A DNA stretch of 64,000 nt from an uncultured Acidobacteriota bacterium (lineage in GTDB: Bacteria > Acidobacteriota > Vicinamibacteria > Vicinamibacterales > JAKQTR01). The position numbers and the translations under genes were made by a program. Below the pieces are notes generated by a model. It made no database searches. It worked only from the letters and a program-made list of their open reading frames with translations, and was not told the origin of the DNA. The stretch spans positions 1,974,028 to 2,038,027 of the forward strand of contig CAWJJY010000007.1 in the NCBI GenBank assembly GCA_963843385.1, in the 5' to 3' direction. Positions 34,250 to 43,772 of this stretch are shown here, piece after piece. How positions within the stretch are numbered: the stretch's first letter is position 1; each line of letters starts with the position of its first letter.

Positions 34250-35734
34250 CTATTGTGAGACCTTCTTGCCGTCGGTGTCGTAGGTTTCGACGGTCCCGAA
34301 CGTCTTCATCGCGTTGCCGATCTTGGAGGCGTCCCCCACCACGACGATTTGAAGCTTCGACGGGTCGAAGTACTTCCTGGCGGCGGCCTGGAGTTCCGCC
34401 GCGGTCACGGCCATGATGCGATCGGGATACCTGTCCCAATAGTCGGCTGGCAGTTTGTAGAGCCAGCGTGTCACGTAGTTGCCCAGGATCGTATCGGGCG
34501 ACTCCAGCGACAACGCGAAGTTCGCCACGAGCAGCCGCTTCTTGTCTCCCAACGCCTCGTCGGTCATCGGCGTGTCCCGCAGGTTGGCGATCTCCTGCAG
34601 CGTTTCGCGGACCGCACCCTCGGTCACCTCCGTCCGGACCTCGGCCCGTGCCACCCAGTCACCGCGGTGAAGCAACGCCGTGACCGAGCTGTACGCCCCG
34701 TAGGTCCACCCCTTGTCCTCGCGAAGGTTCAGGAACAGGCGCCCGGTAGGGCCACCGCCGATGATTTCGTTCAGCACCCGGAACGTATCGTAATCGGCGC
34801 TGGTCCGCGAAAGCCCGGACGCCGCGACCGCGACGTTCGACTGCACCGACCCGGGCCGGTTCACGAGGTACACCATGGCCGGCCCGACCGGCGCAGGCTC
34901 CTGCACGGTCGGCTTCGCGGCGCCCGCTTTCTTCCAGGGCCCGAAGACGGCGGTCAGTTTCTGCTTCGCGGCGGGGACCGAGATGTCGCCGACGATCGCA
35001 ATCAACGCATTGTCGGGCACGTAGTGGGTTCGATGGAACTCGGCGAGCATGGCGCGCGTCGCCCTGCCCAGCGCGTCGGGCGTCGGGGCCGTTCGGCTCG
35101 CGGGATGGCTGCCGTAGAGCACCCGGTTCACCATCTCGACCGACAGGAAGTTCGGCATGCTCCGGTTCTGCATCAGCGCCGCGTTGGTCCGCGTCTTGTA
35201 GCGTCCGAGTTCCTCCTCCGAGAACGACGGATTGAGGAGGATGTCGCCGGCGAGCCCGAGCACCGCGTCCACGTTCTCCGTGAGCGTGCTGCCGCTGATG
35301 GTCGCGGTCACGCTCGACATGCCGACGCTGACGTTGAGACTGGCGGCAATGGTCTCGAGCTGCTGAGAGATCTCCGCGGACGTCTTGGTCGTCGTGCCCT
35401 CGCGCATCATGGCGCCGGCAAACGACGCCAGTCCCGGAAGGTCCGGCGGATCGAAATACCCGCCCGCGCCGGGAACGATGACCTGGAACGAGATGAGCGG
35501 CAGCCGATGGTCCTCGAGCACGAGGACGTGGACGAGGTTGGCGAGGTCGAATTCCTGCGGCTTCGGCAGCGAGACTTTCAGAATTTCCTTCGAGACAGGG
35601 GCCTTCCCTTTCAGGACGACGCCCTTCAGGGACTGGCCCGGCGCCGCCGTGGTCCCCTGGGGGGCCTGCGCGGTGACCAGGGCAACCGACAGACCGATCA
35701 GTGCGGTCAAGGCGAGTGCATGCCTGATGCGCAT
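34250..35734 (-). CDS. M16-family (pitrilysin-like) peptidase subunit lacking the HxxEH zinc motif (probably non-catalytic)
   Basis: Signal MRIRHALALTALIGLSVALVTAQ from ATG 35734. M16 fold blocks are present but no HxxEH (GLASFAGAMMREGTT occupies the equivalent position). Its start overlaps the stop of the upstream M16 gene by 1 nt (TGATG). Confidence 0.8.
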   Translation of the reverse strand: MRIRHALALTALIGLSVALVTAQAPQGTTAAPGQSLKGVVLKGKAPVSKEILKVSLPKPQEFDLANLVHVLVLEDHRLPLISFQVIVPGAGGYFDPPDLPGLASFAGAMMREGTTTKTSAEISQQLETIAASLNVSVGMSSVTATISGSTLTENVDAVLGLAGDILLNPSFSEEELGRYKTRTNAALMQNRSMPNFLSVEMVNRVLYGSHPASRTAPTPDALGRATRAMLAEFHRTHYVPDNALIAIVGDISVPAAKQKLTAVFGPWKKAGAAKPTVQEPAPVGPAMVYLVNRPGSVQSNVAVAASGLSRTSADYDTFRVLNEIIGGGPTGRLFLNLREDKGWTYGAYSSVTALLHRGDWVARAEVRTEVTEGAVRETLQEIANLRDTPMTDEALGDKKRLLVANFALSLESPDTILGNYVTRWLYKLPADYWDRYPDRIMAVTAAELQAAARKYFDPSKLQIVVVGDASKIGNAMKTFGTVETYDTDGKKVSQ

Positions 35735-37095
35735 CACACGCCTCCCTTCTGCGCGCCGGCCGGCTTGGGCGCCGTGATGACGACGGTCCGGTTCTGCGTG
35801 GTCAGGTACCGGCTCGCGACCCGCTGGATATCGGCCGCCGTCAGATTGGCAATTCGATCCGGGCGCGTGTTGATCAGCCCGGGATCGCCGAAGTAGACCG
35901 CGAGTTGCGAGATGAGCACCGCCCTGCCGACCGTCGTCCCGAGGTTGCGGACGTAGCTGGCCCGCATGCTGTTGCGAGCCTTGTCCAGCTCCCACGCCTC
36001 GATCGTCCCCGTCTTCACCTTCTCGAGCTCGGCCGTCAGCGCCTTCTCGACGTCGGCGACCGCCTTGCCGGGCGCGACCAGGGCGATCACCCGGAACAGG
36101 CTGGGCCCGCGGCTCTCGTCTGCCATCGCCGACACGTTGGTCGCGAGCTGCTGTTGCCGCACGACGTTCTCGTAGAGCCGCGAGCTTCGGCCCCCGGACA
36201 GGATATTCGCCAGCACGGTCAGGGCGTCGTGGTCAGGGGTCAGGCTTTGCGGGATGTGGTAGACCATGTCGATCCGCGGCAGGCGCGCGAGGCCGTCTTC
36301 GACGGTGAGGCGTTTCTCAGCCGTCTGCACGGGCTCGTCGACGACCACCGGCGATGGCGGCGCCTGCGACGGAATCGACTCGAAGAACTTCTGGACCCGT
36401 GCCAGGCAGTCCGGCGTCTTGACGTCGCCGACAATCGCAATGACGGCGTTGTTCGGCGCGTAGTAGGTCCTGAAGAACCCCTTCACGTCATCGACCGTCG
36501 CCGCGCTCAGATCGGTCATCGAACCGATGACCGAATGTTTGTAGGGGAAACTCTCGTACGCCAGTTCGTCGACCGCCTCGAACGTCTTGCCGTAGGGCTG
36601 GTTGTCCACCCCCTGGCGGCGTTCCTCCTGCACCGTGTTGATCTGGTTCTGCAGGTTCTCGGGCGTGATGGCCGAGGCCAGCGTGCGCATCCGATCCGCC
36701 TCGAGGAAGAGGGCCAGGTCGAGCTGATTGGCGGGCAGCTGCTCGAAGTAGTTGGTCCGTTCCTTGTTGGTGGACCCGTTCATGTTGCCGCCGCTGCCGA
36801 ATACCAGAGCAAAATGCTCGCCGCTGCCCACGTTCTCGGACCCCTTGAACATCATGTGTTCGAACAGATGCGCAAAGCCCGTGCGACCCTGGCGCTCGTT
36901 GCGGGACCCGACGTTGTAGGTCACCGCCACCGAGAAGACCGGGGCGGTATGATCCTCTGCGATGATGACCCGAAGGCCGTTCTTGAGCTTGGTGTCCAGG
37001 AACTGGACCTTCGGTGCGGCAGCAGCCCCTACCGTGGCGGCCAGGCCGACCGCCACGACCAGAGCCAGGGCCGCACCTCCGATGACGCGTCTCAT
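35734..37095 (-). CDS. M16-family zinc peptidase, catalytic subunit
   Basis: GGAGGTG lies before ATG 37095. Signal MRRVIGGAALALVVAVGLAATVGA. Inverted zincin motif GFAHLFEHMMFKGS (HxxEH), followed by NGSTNKERTNYFE. Confidence 0.85.
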   Translation of the reverse strand: MRRVIGGAALALVVAVGLAATVGAAAAPKVQFLDTKLKNGLRVIIAEDHTAPVFSVAVTYNVGSRNERQGRTGFAHLFEHMMFKGSENVGSGEHFALVFGSGGNMNGSTNKERTNYFEQLPANQLDLALFLEADRMRTLASAITPENLQNQINTVQEERRQGVDNQPYGKTFEAVDELAYESFPYKHSVIGSMTDLSAATVDDVKGFFRTYYAPNNAVIAIVGDVKTPDCLARVQKFFESIPSQAPPSPVVVDEPVQTAEKRLTVEDGLARLPRIDMVYHIPQSLTPDHDALTVLANILSGGRSSRLYENVVRQQQLATNVSAMADESRGPSLFRVIALVAPGKAVADVEKALTAELEKVKTGTIEAWELDKARNSMRASYVRNLGTTVGRAVLISQLAVYFGDPGLINTRPDRIANLTAADIQRVASRYLTTQNRTVVITAPKPAGAQKGGV

Positions 37096-37397
37096 GCACA
37101 CCTCCATGAAGTGTTGTCGCGGGGCACATTGTCGCACGGTTTCCGGGCCGCCGCCGGCCGGTCGCCGGGCGCGCGGGAGCCTGGAGCCGCCACCCCGGTG
37201 AAGGGGAGGGACCAACCTCCCGCATCCAGGTGCATTTCGCTCGGGTTTCGGGGTAAACGCCGGAAGCACCAAGTCGTATATATTTCGTGTACCGGGACCG
37301 GGTGGGCGTGTGCCCAGCGTGTCCCTTCAGCCGTCAACGGCCCTCGGCAGGCCCGGGGAGTCCTCTGGCACGTTTTCCTTCCGCTCTCGATACAACC

Positions 37398-38777
37398 ATG
37401 CGACGTTTTACACGCACTCGTCTGAACAGCATCGGTTCCGTCATCGGCGTCATGTCGTTGGTGGCGCTCGCCGGGGCCGCCGCCGGCTGCAACAAGGCCG
37501 CCGCGCCGGGTGGTCGTGGCAGCGGGCCTCGCCAGGATCGGGTCCAGATTCGTTCCGTGAAGATTCAGCGGATCGCGATCCAGCGCCAGGTGGAGATCTC
37601 GGGGACTCTGCTCTCGCCGGACCAGGCCAAGGTCAGCAGCGAGGTCGCGGGCGTGGTCCGTGAAGTGCCGATGCAGATCGGGACCGTCGTCCGGGCCGGC
37701 GATCCGCTCGTCATCCTCGACAAGCGGGAACTGACCATGGCCTTCGAGCGGGCCGAAAGCGCGTTGCGCCAGGTCGAAGCGCAACTCGAGATCAACGGCA
37801 CGGTGTCGGTCCTCCCTCCCGCCGACGACCAGATTGCGTCGGTTCGCCAGGCCGCGGCCACCCGAGACGATGCGGCGGCCAACCTGGCACGAGTCGAACG
37901 GCTGATCGCGCGAGGGATTCTGGCGCAGGTCGATCTGGACGCGGCGCGCACCAAGTCCAAGGTGGCCGAAGCCACGTATCAGTCCACGCTGGCCTCGGCG
38001 CGGAGCCTGAAAGCCAGCTTGCAGGACCGGAAAGCGTCGTATGACCTCGCGCGGAAGAAGCTCGAAGACGCGGTCATCAAGGCGCCGGTCGACGGGGCGG
38101 TCGCCGAGCGGCTGGTGCAGCCTGGCGAGTACATTCGCGAGAACGTCCAGGTCGCGACCATCGTGTCGATCAACCCGCTGAAGCTGAGGACCGCGGTCCA
38201 GGAGCGGTATGCCGGCCTGATCGCGCCCAAGCTCCCGGTGGAGTTCCAGGTGACCTCGTTCCCGGATCAGACCTTCAAGGGTGAGATGGCGTATGTGAGC
38301 CCCGCGGTCGATCAGGCGACGCGCACCTTCGTCGTCGAGGCCCTGATTCACAACGACGATCGAAGACTCAAACCCGGGTTCTTTGCCAAGGGCGTCGTCA
38401 CCACCAAGCTCGATCAGAACGTGCCGGCGGTGACCGAGAACGCGATCTCGACCCTCGCCGGCGTATCGGCCGTCTACGTGATCGAAGCAGGGAAGATCCG
38501 CCAGCAGGGGGTCGTCCTGGGCGTCAAGCAAGGGGAACTCTACGAGATCGTCGACGGCCTGACCGGGGCCGAGGAGCTCGCCGCGAGCAACCTGAACCAG
38601 CTGGCCACCGGCACGCTGGTGCAGACCGGACAGGGCGGCCAGGCGCCGGCCGAGGGGGCGCAGCCCGGTGTCGGTGAACGCTCCGGCAGGCGCGGTGACG
38701 GAACCGGGGCCGGAGGCGGGGGCGGGCGGCGCGGTCGACGCGGCCAGGGCGCCGCCGAGCAGGGAGGACAGCGGTGA
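37398..38777 (+). CDS. RND efflux periplasmic adaptor (membrane fusion protein), lipoprotein, with a Gly/Arg-rich C-terminal tail
   Basis: Lipobox LAGAAAGC. HlyD/MFP blocks: VSSEVAGVVREVPMQIGTVVRAGDPLVILD, a coiled-coil hairpin, VIKAPVDGAVAERLVQPGEYI and VYVIEAGKIRQQGVVLG. Confidence 0.85.
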   Translation: MRRFTRTRLNSIGSVIGVMSLVALAGAAAGCNKAAAPGGRGSGPRQDRVQIRSVKIQRIAIQRQVEISGTLLSPDQAKVSSEVAGVVREVPMQIGTVVRAGDPLVILDKRELTMAFERAESALRQVEAQLEINGTVSVLPPADDQIASVRQAAATRDDAAANLARVERLIARGILAQVDLDAARTKSKVAEATYQSTLASARSLKASLQDRKASYDLARKKLEDAVIKAPVDGAVAERLVQPGEYIRENVQVATIVSINPLKLRTAVQERYAGLIAPKLPVEFQVTSFPDQTFKGEMAYVSPAVDQATRTFVVEALIHNDDRRLKPGFFAKGVVTTKLDQNVPAVTENAISTLAGVSAVYVIEAGKIRQQGVVLGVKQGELYEIVDGLTGAEELAASNLNQLATGTLVQTGQGGQAPAEGAQPGVGERSGRRGDGTGAGGGGGRRGRRGQGAAEQGGQR

Positions 38778-41700
38778 AACTAGCCGATGTCAGCGTGCGG
38801 CGGCCGGTCTTCGCGGTCATGATGACCGCCGCCTTGATCGTCATGGGATGGTTCTCGTACCGGCAGCTCGGCCTGGACCTGATGCCGAAGACCGACTACC
38901 CGGTCGTCTCCGTCGGGACGTCGCTGTCGGGCGCGAGCTCGGAGGAGATCGAGACCTCGATCACCAAGCCGGTCGAAGAAGCGGTCAACAGCATCGCGGG
39001 CGTCGACGAGCTCAGCGCCAGCTCGAGCCAGGGCAACTCCCGCGTGTCGATCACCTTCGTCCTCGAGCGCGAAATCGAATCGGCGACGCAGGACGTGCGC
39101 GACAAGGTCGCCGGGATCATGCGCCAGTTCCCGCGGGACACGCTGCCGCCGACGGTCAACAAGATGGACCCCGACTCCTCCCCGATCCTGACGATCCTCG
39201 TCTCGGGTCAGCGATCGCCGAAGGAGATCTCCCAGATCGCGGACAAGAACATCAAGCAGGTGATCGAGACGATCGAGGGCGTCGGGGGCGTGTCCCTCCA
39301 GGGCGATCGGCGCCGCGAGATCCAGCTGCTGCTCAACGCGGACCGGCTGAACGCCTACAACCTCAGCGTCGACCAGGTTCGGAGCGCCGTCCAGCGGCAG
39401 AACGTCGAAATCCCCGGCGGCTCGTTCACGGCGGGTGCGTCGGACATCGCGATGCGCACGATGGGGCGCCTCACCAACGTCCGCGACTTCAACGACATCC
39501 TGATTTCCTATCGCGACGGCATGGCGATCCGCTTCGGCGACGTGGGCCGGGTCACCGACGCGATCGAGGAGGTCCGCAGCTCCACGCGGCTGGACGGCCG
39601 GCCGGCCATCTCCCTGATGATCCGGAAGCAGACGGGTACCAACACCGTCGACATCGTCGACCGGGTCCTGGCCCGCCTCAAGCGCATCGAAGGCACGCTC
39701 CCGCCGGATATCACGATGCAGCCGATCCGCGATCAGTCGCGGTTCATCCGGAAATCGTTCGAAGAGATCAGGATGCACCTGCTCTTCGGCGGGCTGCTGG
39801 CCAGCTTCGTCGTCTTCCTCTTCATGCGGAACATCCGGCTGACCGTGATCGCGGCGCTCGCGATTCCGACGTCGATCATCGGCACGTTCTCCGTGATGAA
39901 GGCGCTCGACTTCACGTTGAACAACATGACGATGCTGGCCTTATCACTGGCCACGGGCATCGTCATCGACGATGCCATCGTCGTGCTGGAGAATATTTTC
40001 CGATACATCGAGGAGAAGAAAGTCTCGCCCAAGGAGGCGGCGATGAAAGCCACGGCCGAAATCGGCCTGGCTGTCATGGCCACGACGCTGTCGCTGGTGG
40101 TCATCTTCCTGCCGGTGGCCTTCATGACCGGTCAGGTCGGCCGCTACTTCTACAGCTTCGGCATCACCTCGGCAGCGGCGATGCTGATTTCGATGTTCGT
40201 CTCCTTCACGCTGACCCCTGCGCTCTGCTCCTGGTGGTTGCGCTCGGTCGACGAGCGCGTCGGCGCCCACCGTGCGACGAAGTCCCAGGGCGCGTACGCC
40301 TTCGTCGATCGTTCCTACGGCCGGATGCTGGAGTGGTCGCTCCATCATCGCGGCTGGATGCTGGGGATCGCGGGCGTCGTGGTGGCGTCGGTCGTCGTGC
40401 TGTTCCCGTATGTCGGCAAGGAACTGGTACCCGACGACGATCAGAGCGAGTTCAGCATCAACGTCAGGCTGCCGCAAGGGACGAGCTACGCGCGCACTGA
40501 GGAATACATCAGGACCATCGAGGCCGACCTGCGCGACCCGCAGAAGCTCCCCGAGGTCGCCATGATCCTGGCCAGCGTCAACCCGGGCAGCGCAAATTTC
40601 TACATCGGGCTGAAGCCGCTGGAAGAGCGAACGCTGTCGCAGCAGGAGCTGATGCGGCGTGCCCGCGTGATGATGCGCAAGTACCCGGGCGCCCGTATCG
40701 GCGTCTCGGGGGGCACCGACCTCTCGGGCGCGTCGAGCGGCGGAGGCCGGGGCGGCGGAGGCGGGGGCTCGAACCGGCTCAGCGTCCTCATTCAAGGGCC
40801 CGAGATTGAGCAGCTGCAGATTTACGTGACCAAGCTGATGGCGCTCGTGCGGACCATCCCCGGCGTGGTCGACGTCGACTCCAACTTCGAGCCGACGCAG
40901 CCGGAAGTCCGCATCATGACCGACCGCGCGCGCGCGGCGGACCTGGGCGTGTCGATTGATTCGCTGGCGTCGAGCATGCGGTCGCTCGTCGGCGGCGAGG
41001 AGGTCGGCAAGTTCAAGGACGGCGACGACCAGTTCTCGGTGAAGCTGCGGCTGGACCAGCAGTTCCGGGACGACCCGGCGGGGCTCGGCTCGCTGCTGAT
41101 TCCGGCTGCGAGCGGCAAGACCGTCCGGGTCAGCGACGTCGCGCAGCTGGTGATGGACCGCGGGCCGGCCACCATCCAGCGCTACAACAGGCAGCGGCAG
41201 ATTTCCGTCAGCGCGAATCTCGACAAGGTACCGCTCGGCGACGCGGTTGCCGCGGCGCGTGTGAAGGTGACCGAGCTGAACATGAAGCCCGGCTACCAGG
41301 CCGTGTTCGGCGGAAGCGCCAGGACCCTCGACGAAGCGTCCAGCGACTTCGTCATCGCGATCTTCCTGGCCGTCGCGTTCATCTACATGGTGCTCGCGTC
41401 GCAGTTCAACAGCTTCATCCACCCGCTCACCATCATGACGGCGCTGCCCCTCAGCCTTCCGGCCGGCATCCTGTCGCTGATGGCCTTCGGGATGACGATC
41501 AACGTCTACAGCGCGATCGGGCTGATGATGCTGTTCGGCATCGTCAAGAAGAACTCGATCCTGCAGGTCGACTACACCAACACGCTGCGGGCCGAGGGCC
41601 TGGAACGCCACGAGGCGCTGATGGCCGCCAATCACGTGCGATTGCGGCCCATCCTCATGACGACGATGTCGATTGTCGCCGGCATGCTGCCGATCGCGTT

Positions 41701-41941
41701 CGGCAAGGGCGCGGGATCGGGCTCGCGCGCGTCGATGGCCGTCACGATCATCGGAGGCCAGATTCTCTGTCTGTTGCTCACGCTGCTGGTCACGCCGGTC
41801 GTGTATTCGTATTTCGACGACCTCCGCGAGCTCAAGATCACCGACCTCGTCAGGGCGCTCGCTAACCGGATCCGCGGCCGTAAGGCGGTCAAGGCGGCGC
41901 TGCCGGGCGCCCAGCCGACGCCGGCAACGCCGATCGAGTAG
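38774..41941 (+). CDS. RND efflux transporter permease (AcrB/HAE-type, 12 TM)
   Basis: VRRPVFAVMMTAALIVMGWFSYRQLGLDLMPKTDYPVVSV, LSLATGIVIDDAIVVLENI, FGIVKKNSILQVDY. GTG 38774 overlaps the adaptor gene stop (GTGA). Confidence 0.9.
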   Translation: MKLADVSVRRPVFAVMMTAALIVMGWFSYRQLGLDLMPKTDYPVVSVGTSLSGASSEEIETSITKPVEEAVNSIAGVDELSASSSQGNSRVSITFVLEREIESATQDVRDKVAGIMRQFPRDTLPPTVNKMDPDSSPILTILVSGQRSPKEISQIADKNIKQVIETIEGVGGVSLQGDRRREIQLLLNADRLNAYNLSVDQVRSAVQRQNVEIPGGSFTAGASDIAMRTMGRLTNVRDFNDILISYRDGMAIRFGDVGRVTDAIEEVRSSTRLDGRPAISLMIRKQTGTNTVDIVDRVLARLKRIEGTLPPDITMQPIRDQSRFIRKSFEEIRMHLLFGGLLASFVVFLFMRNIRLTVIAALAIPTSIIGTFSVMKALDFTLNNMTMLALSLATGIVIDDAIVVLENIFRYIEEKKVSPKEAAMKATAEIGLAVMATTLSLVVIFLPVAFMTGQVGRYFYSFGITSAAAMLISMFVSFTLTPALCSWWLRSVDERVGAHRATKSQGAYAFVDRSYGRMLEWSLHHRGWMLGIAGVVVASVVVLFPYVGKELVPDDDQSEFSINVRLPQGTSYARTEEYIRTIEADLRDPQKLPEVAMILASVNPGSANFYIGLKPLEERTLSQQELMRRARVMMRKYPGARIGVSGGTDLSGASSGGGRGGGGGGSNRLSVLIQGPEIEQLQIYVTKLMALVRTIPGVVDVDSNFEPTQPEVRIMTDRARAADLGVSIDSLASSMRSLVGGEEVGKFKDGDDQFSVKLRLDQQFRDDPAGLGSLLIPAASGKTVRVSDVAQLVMDRGPATIQRYNRQRQISVSANLDKVPLGDAVAAARVKVTELNMKPGYQAVFGGSARTLDEASSDFVIAIFLAVAFIYMVLASQFNSFIHPLTIMTALPLSLPAGILSLMAFGMTINVYSAIGLMMLFGIVKKNSILQVDYTNTLRAEGLERHEALMAANHVRLRPILMTTMSIVAGMLPIAFGKGAGSGSRASMAVTIIGGQILCLLLTLLVTPVVYSYFDDLRELKITDLVRALANRIRGRKAVKAALPGAQPTPATPIE

Positions 41942-41967
41942 CGGCTGGATTGTCCGGGAATGATTTC

Positions 41968-41997
41968 GGGGCCGGAGGACCTACGTCTTCCGGCCCC
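41968..41997 (+). terminator. Hairpin GGGGCCGGA-(12 nt loop)-TCCGGCCCC after the RND gene, between convergent genes
   Basis: Perfect 9-bp GC stem, 27 nt after the TAG at 41939-41941. No T tract follows. Confidence 0.4.
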
Positions 41998-42134
41998 ACT
42001 GCATGTACGGGCGGGTTCCGTGAACCTGCCAGCGTGTCCGATGGAGGGCGGCTCATTCGAGCCGCCATGCGCGCCGGGGCTGCCTTCGACTTCGCGCGGG
42101 CCGGGGAAGACCACGCCTCCATCCGCCACGCCGC

Positions 42135-43334
42135 CTACTGCCTGAAGATGCCGAGGCGCTGGAGACCGCTGACCGCGTTGAAGGTCACCAGCAGTTCCAG
42201 CCGACGGGCGTTCGGAATCGCGATCGTGTTGTGCGACGCCTGCGTGCCGAAGAACTGGAGGCCGAACTCGGGCGTGAGCTTGAACGTGGCTGTCTCGAAG
42301 AAGCGCTTGCCGCGAAAATATCGGTCCCCGTTCGTCGTGGGTGCGAGGTTGTCGATATCGGCATATCCGAGCCCCGCCGCAAACCGCCTGGTGATGGCCT
42401 TCTCGCCGTAGATCGCGTACCCGGAACCGCCCTGCGGGTCACGACGAAAGTACTGCTCGAACCTGACCATGTCCACGATGACGAGCGGCAGTGTCCTGGC
42501 CACGACCGCGTACCGGAACGTGGGCACCCCGGTCAGCCTCGAATACTCGGCTGACGCAGTCAGCTGCCTGGTGACGTTCTTGGTCGCGAAGAACTGGACG
42601 TAGTTCGGTTCATCGCTCAGCCGCCTGTAGCGGTTCGTGATGCTCGGGCTCGTCAGGTCGCCGAGGTACGCCGAGGTCACGCCAAACTCGTCGAGGAAGA
42701 AACCCTTCGGGCGTTTCACGCTCACACGTTCGCCGACCAGATACCCGTCATTGTCGTAGGTGGTGATCTCGGTGGACTCGCCGCGCATCACGCCGAAACC
42801 GCCGATGCTGATCTCGACGCCCGGCACCGGAACGGCCGCGACGTAGAACTGCTTGAGATACCAGTGATTGAAGCTGTCGCCGGTGCCGATGCCGGTGTTG
42901 TTCCAGCCGCCCGTGAACGTATTGCCAGTGGCGTAGACCGCATTGACCGTATAGCGCCCCTTCGGATCGAACTTGAACCGGCCCTTGAACTGGCCGGAAT
43001 CCTGGATCTGGCTGGTCGTCCGGACATCGCGGCTGTTCACGATCGTACGCTGGCGGAGAGAGACGGTTCCGATCTGCAGTTCGAACCAGCGGCTCAGCCT
43101 CGACGGCTTGGGCTTGGCCTCAGCATCCTTCCCTTTCTTCTGGGCCTTCTTGTCATCCGCGTTTCCGGTCACCGACGACGGGTTGGCGGCGACGCTGCTC
43201 TGAACCTCCGCCTGCGTGGTCTGACTCGAACGCTGCCGCGCCAGGAGACTCGAGGGAACCAGGACCAACGCCACGATCGAGATGGTGGCGATCTGGACGC
43301 GGGTAGCAATTGCCGGGCGGGCGGTTGACGTCAT
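42135..43334 (-). CDS. Putative outer-membrane beta-barrel / porin-like protein (family not recognised)
   Basis: GGAGG lies before ATG 43334. The hydrophobic N-terminus (RVQIATISIVALVLVPSSLLA) is followed by a Lys-rich linker. The rest alternates amphipathic strand-like segments rich in G/Y/F/T (RYTVNAVYATGNTFTGGWNNTG, GYAIYGEKAITRRFAAGLGYADI). Confidence 0.5.
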   Translation of the reverse strand: MTSTARPAIATRVQIATISIVALVLVPSSLLARQRSSQTTQAEVQSSVAANPSSVTGNADDKKAQKKGKDAEAKPKPSRLSRWFELQIGTVSLRQRTIVNSRDVRTTSQIQDSGQFKGRFKFDPKGRYTVNAVYATGNTFTGGWNNTGIGTGDSFNHWYLKQFYVAAVPVPGVEISIGGFGVMRGESTEITTYDNDGYLVGERVSVKRPKGFFLDEFGVTSAYLGDLTSPSITNRYRRLSDEPNYVQFFATKNVTRQLTASAEYSRLTGVPTFRYAVVARTLPLVIVDMVRFEQYFRRDPQGGSGYAIYGEKAITRRFAAGLGYADIDNLAPTTNGDRYFRGKRFFETATFKLTPEFGLQFFGTQASHNTIAIPNARRLELLVTFNAVSGLQRLGIFRQ

Positions 43335-43772
43335 CGGGGGCCTCCTTCGGCTGCTGGGGCTGACAGCGAACATCCACTGCAGTGGCCGGGTGCCGCCGAA
43401 GTTGAGCACGTGGCCACGCCCGTTCAAGCCGGTTCGACGAAACACCGATTGCACCGGCCTCGCCATCCTTGCGGCCGGTCCGGAACCCCGCGCCACGACC
43501 GCGCGACCGGGTCCCCCTCTTGGTCCCAGAGACCGATGAAGGCGTTTCCTGTGATGATAGCCCGAATCGTGTCCTGCTTCGCGCAGGTCCGGCCGGCATG
43601 CCCCGCGCGGCTGGATCCGGACGTGCCGTGAGCGGTCGTGCGGAGCCTGGATGCGGCGAGGTAGGTGCGGCCGCCTCGTCGAGTCACGGATATCGCGTCC
43701 CGAGTCAGAGCGGCGGCGAGCGGCGCATTCACGCCCGGGTGCGATCGAATCGGCGAGCGTGCGAGCAGGCGG

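Noticed and set aside
37366-37380. TGGCAC-GTTTT-CCTT upstream of the RND adaptor gene as a sigma-54 (-24/-12) promoter for the nearby EBP
   Set aside because: - The -12 element lacks the conserved GC (TTGC).
- The predicted start would leave only ~6 nt before the ATG.
- The other TGGCAC/GTGCCA occurrences I found (about 529, 3014, 8522, 12290, 17768, 21088, 24194, 25621) are inside coding regions or lack a correctly spaced TTGC.
38622-38774. Gly/Arg-rich tails and loops in the RND adaptor and in the RND pump (about 40722..40775) as DNA-level repeats
   Set aside because: They are compositional low complexity driven by GGC/CGC codons. They have no defined repeat unit at the nucleotide level.
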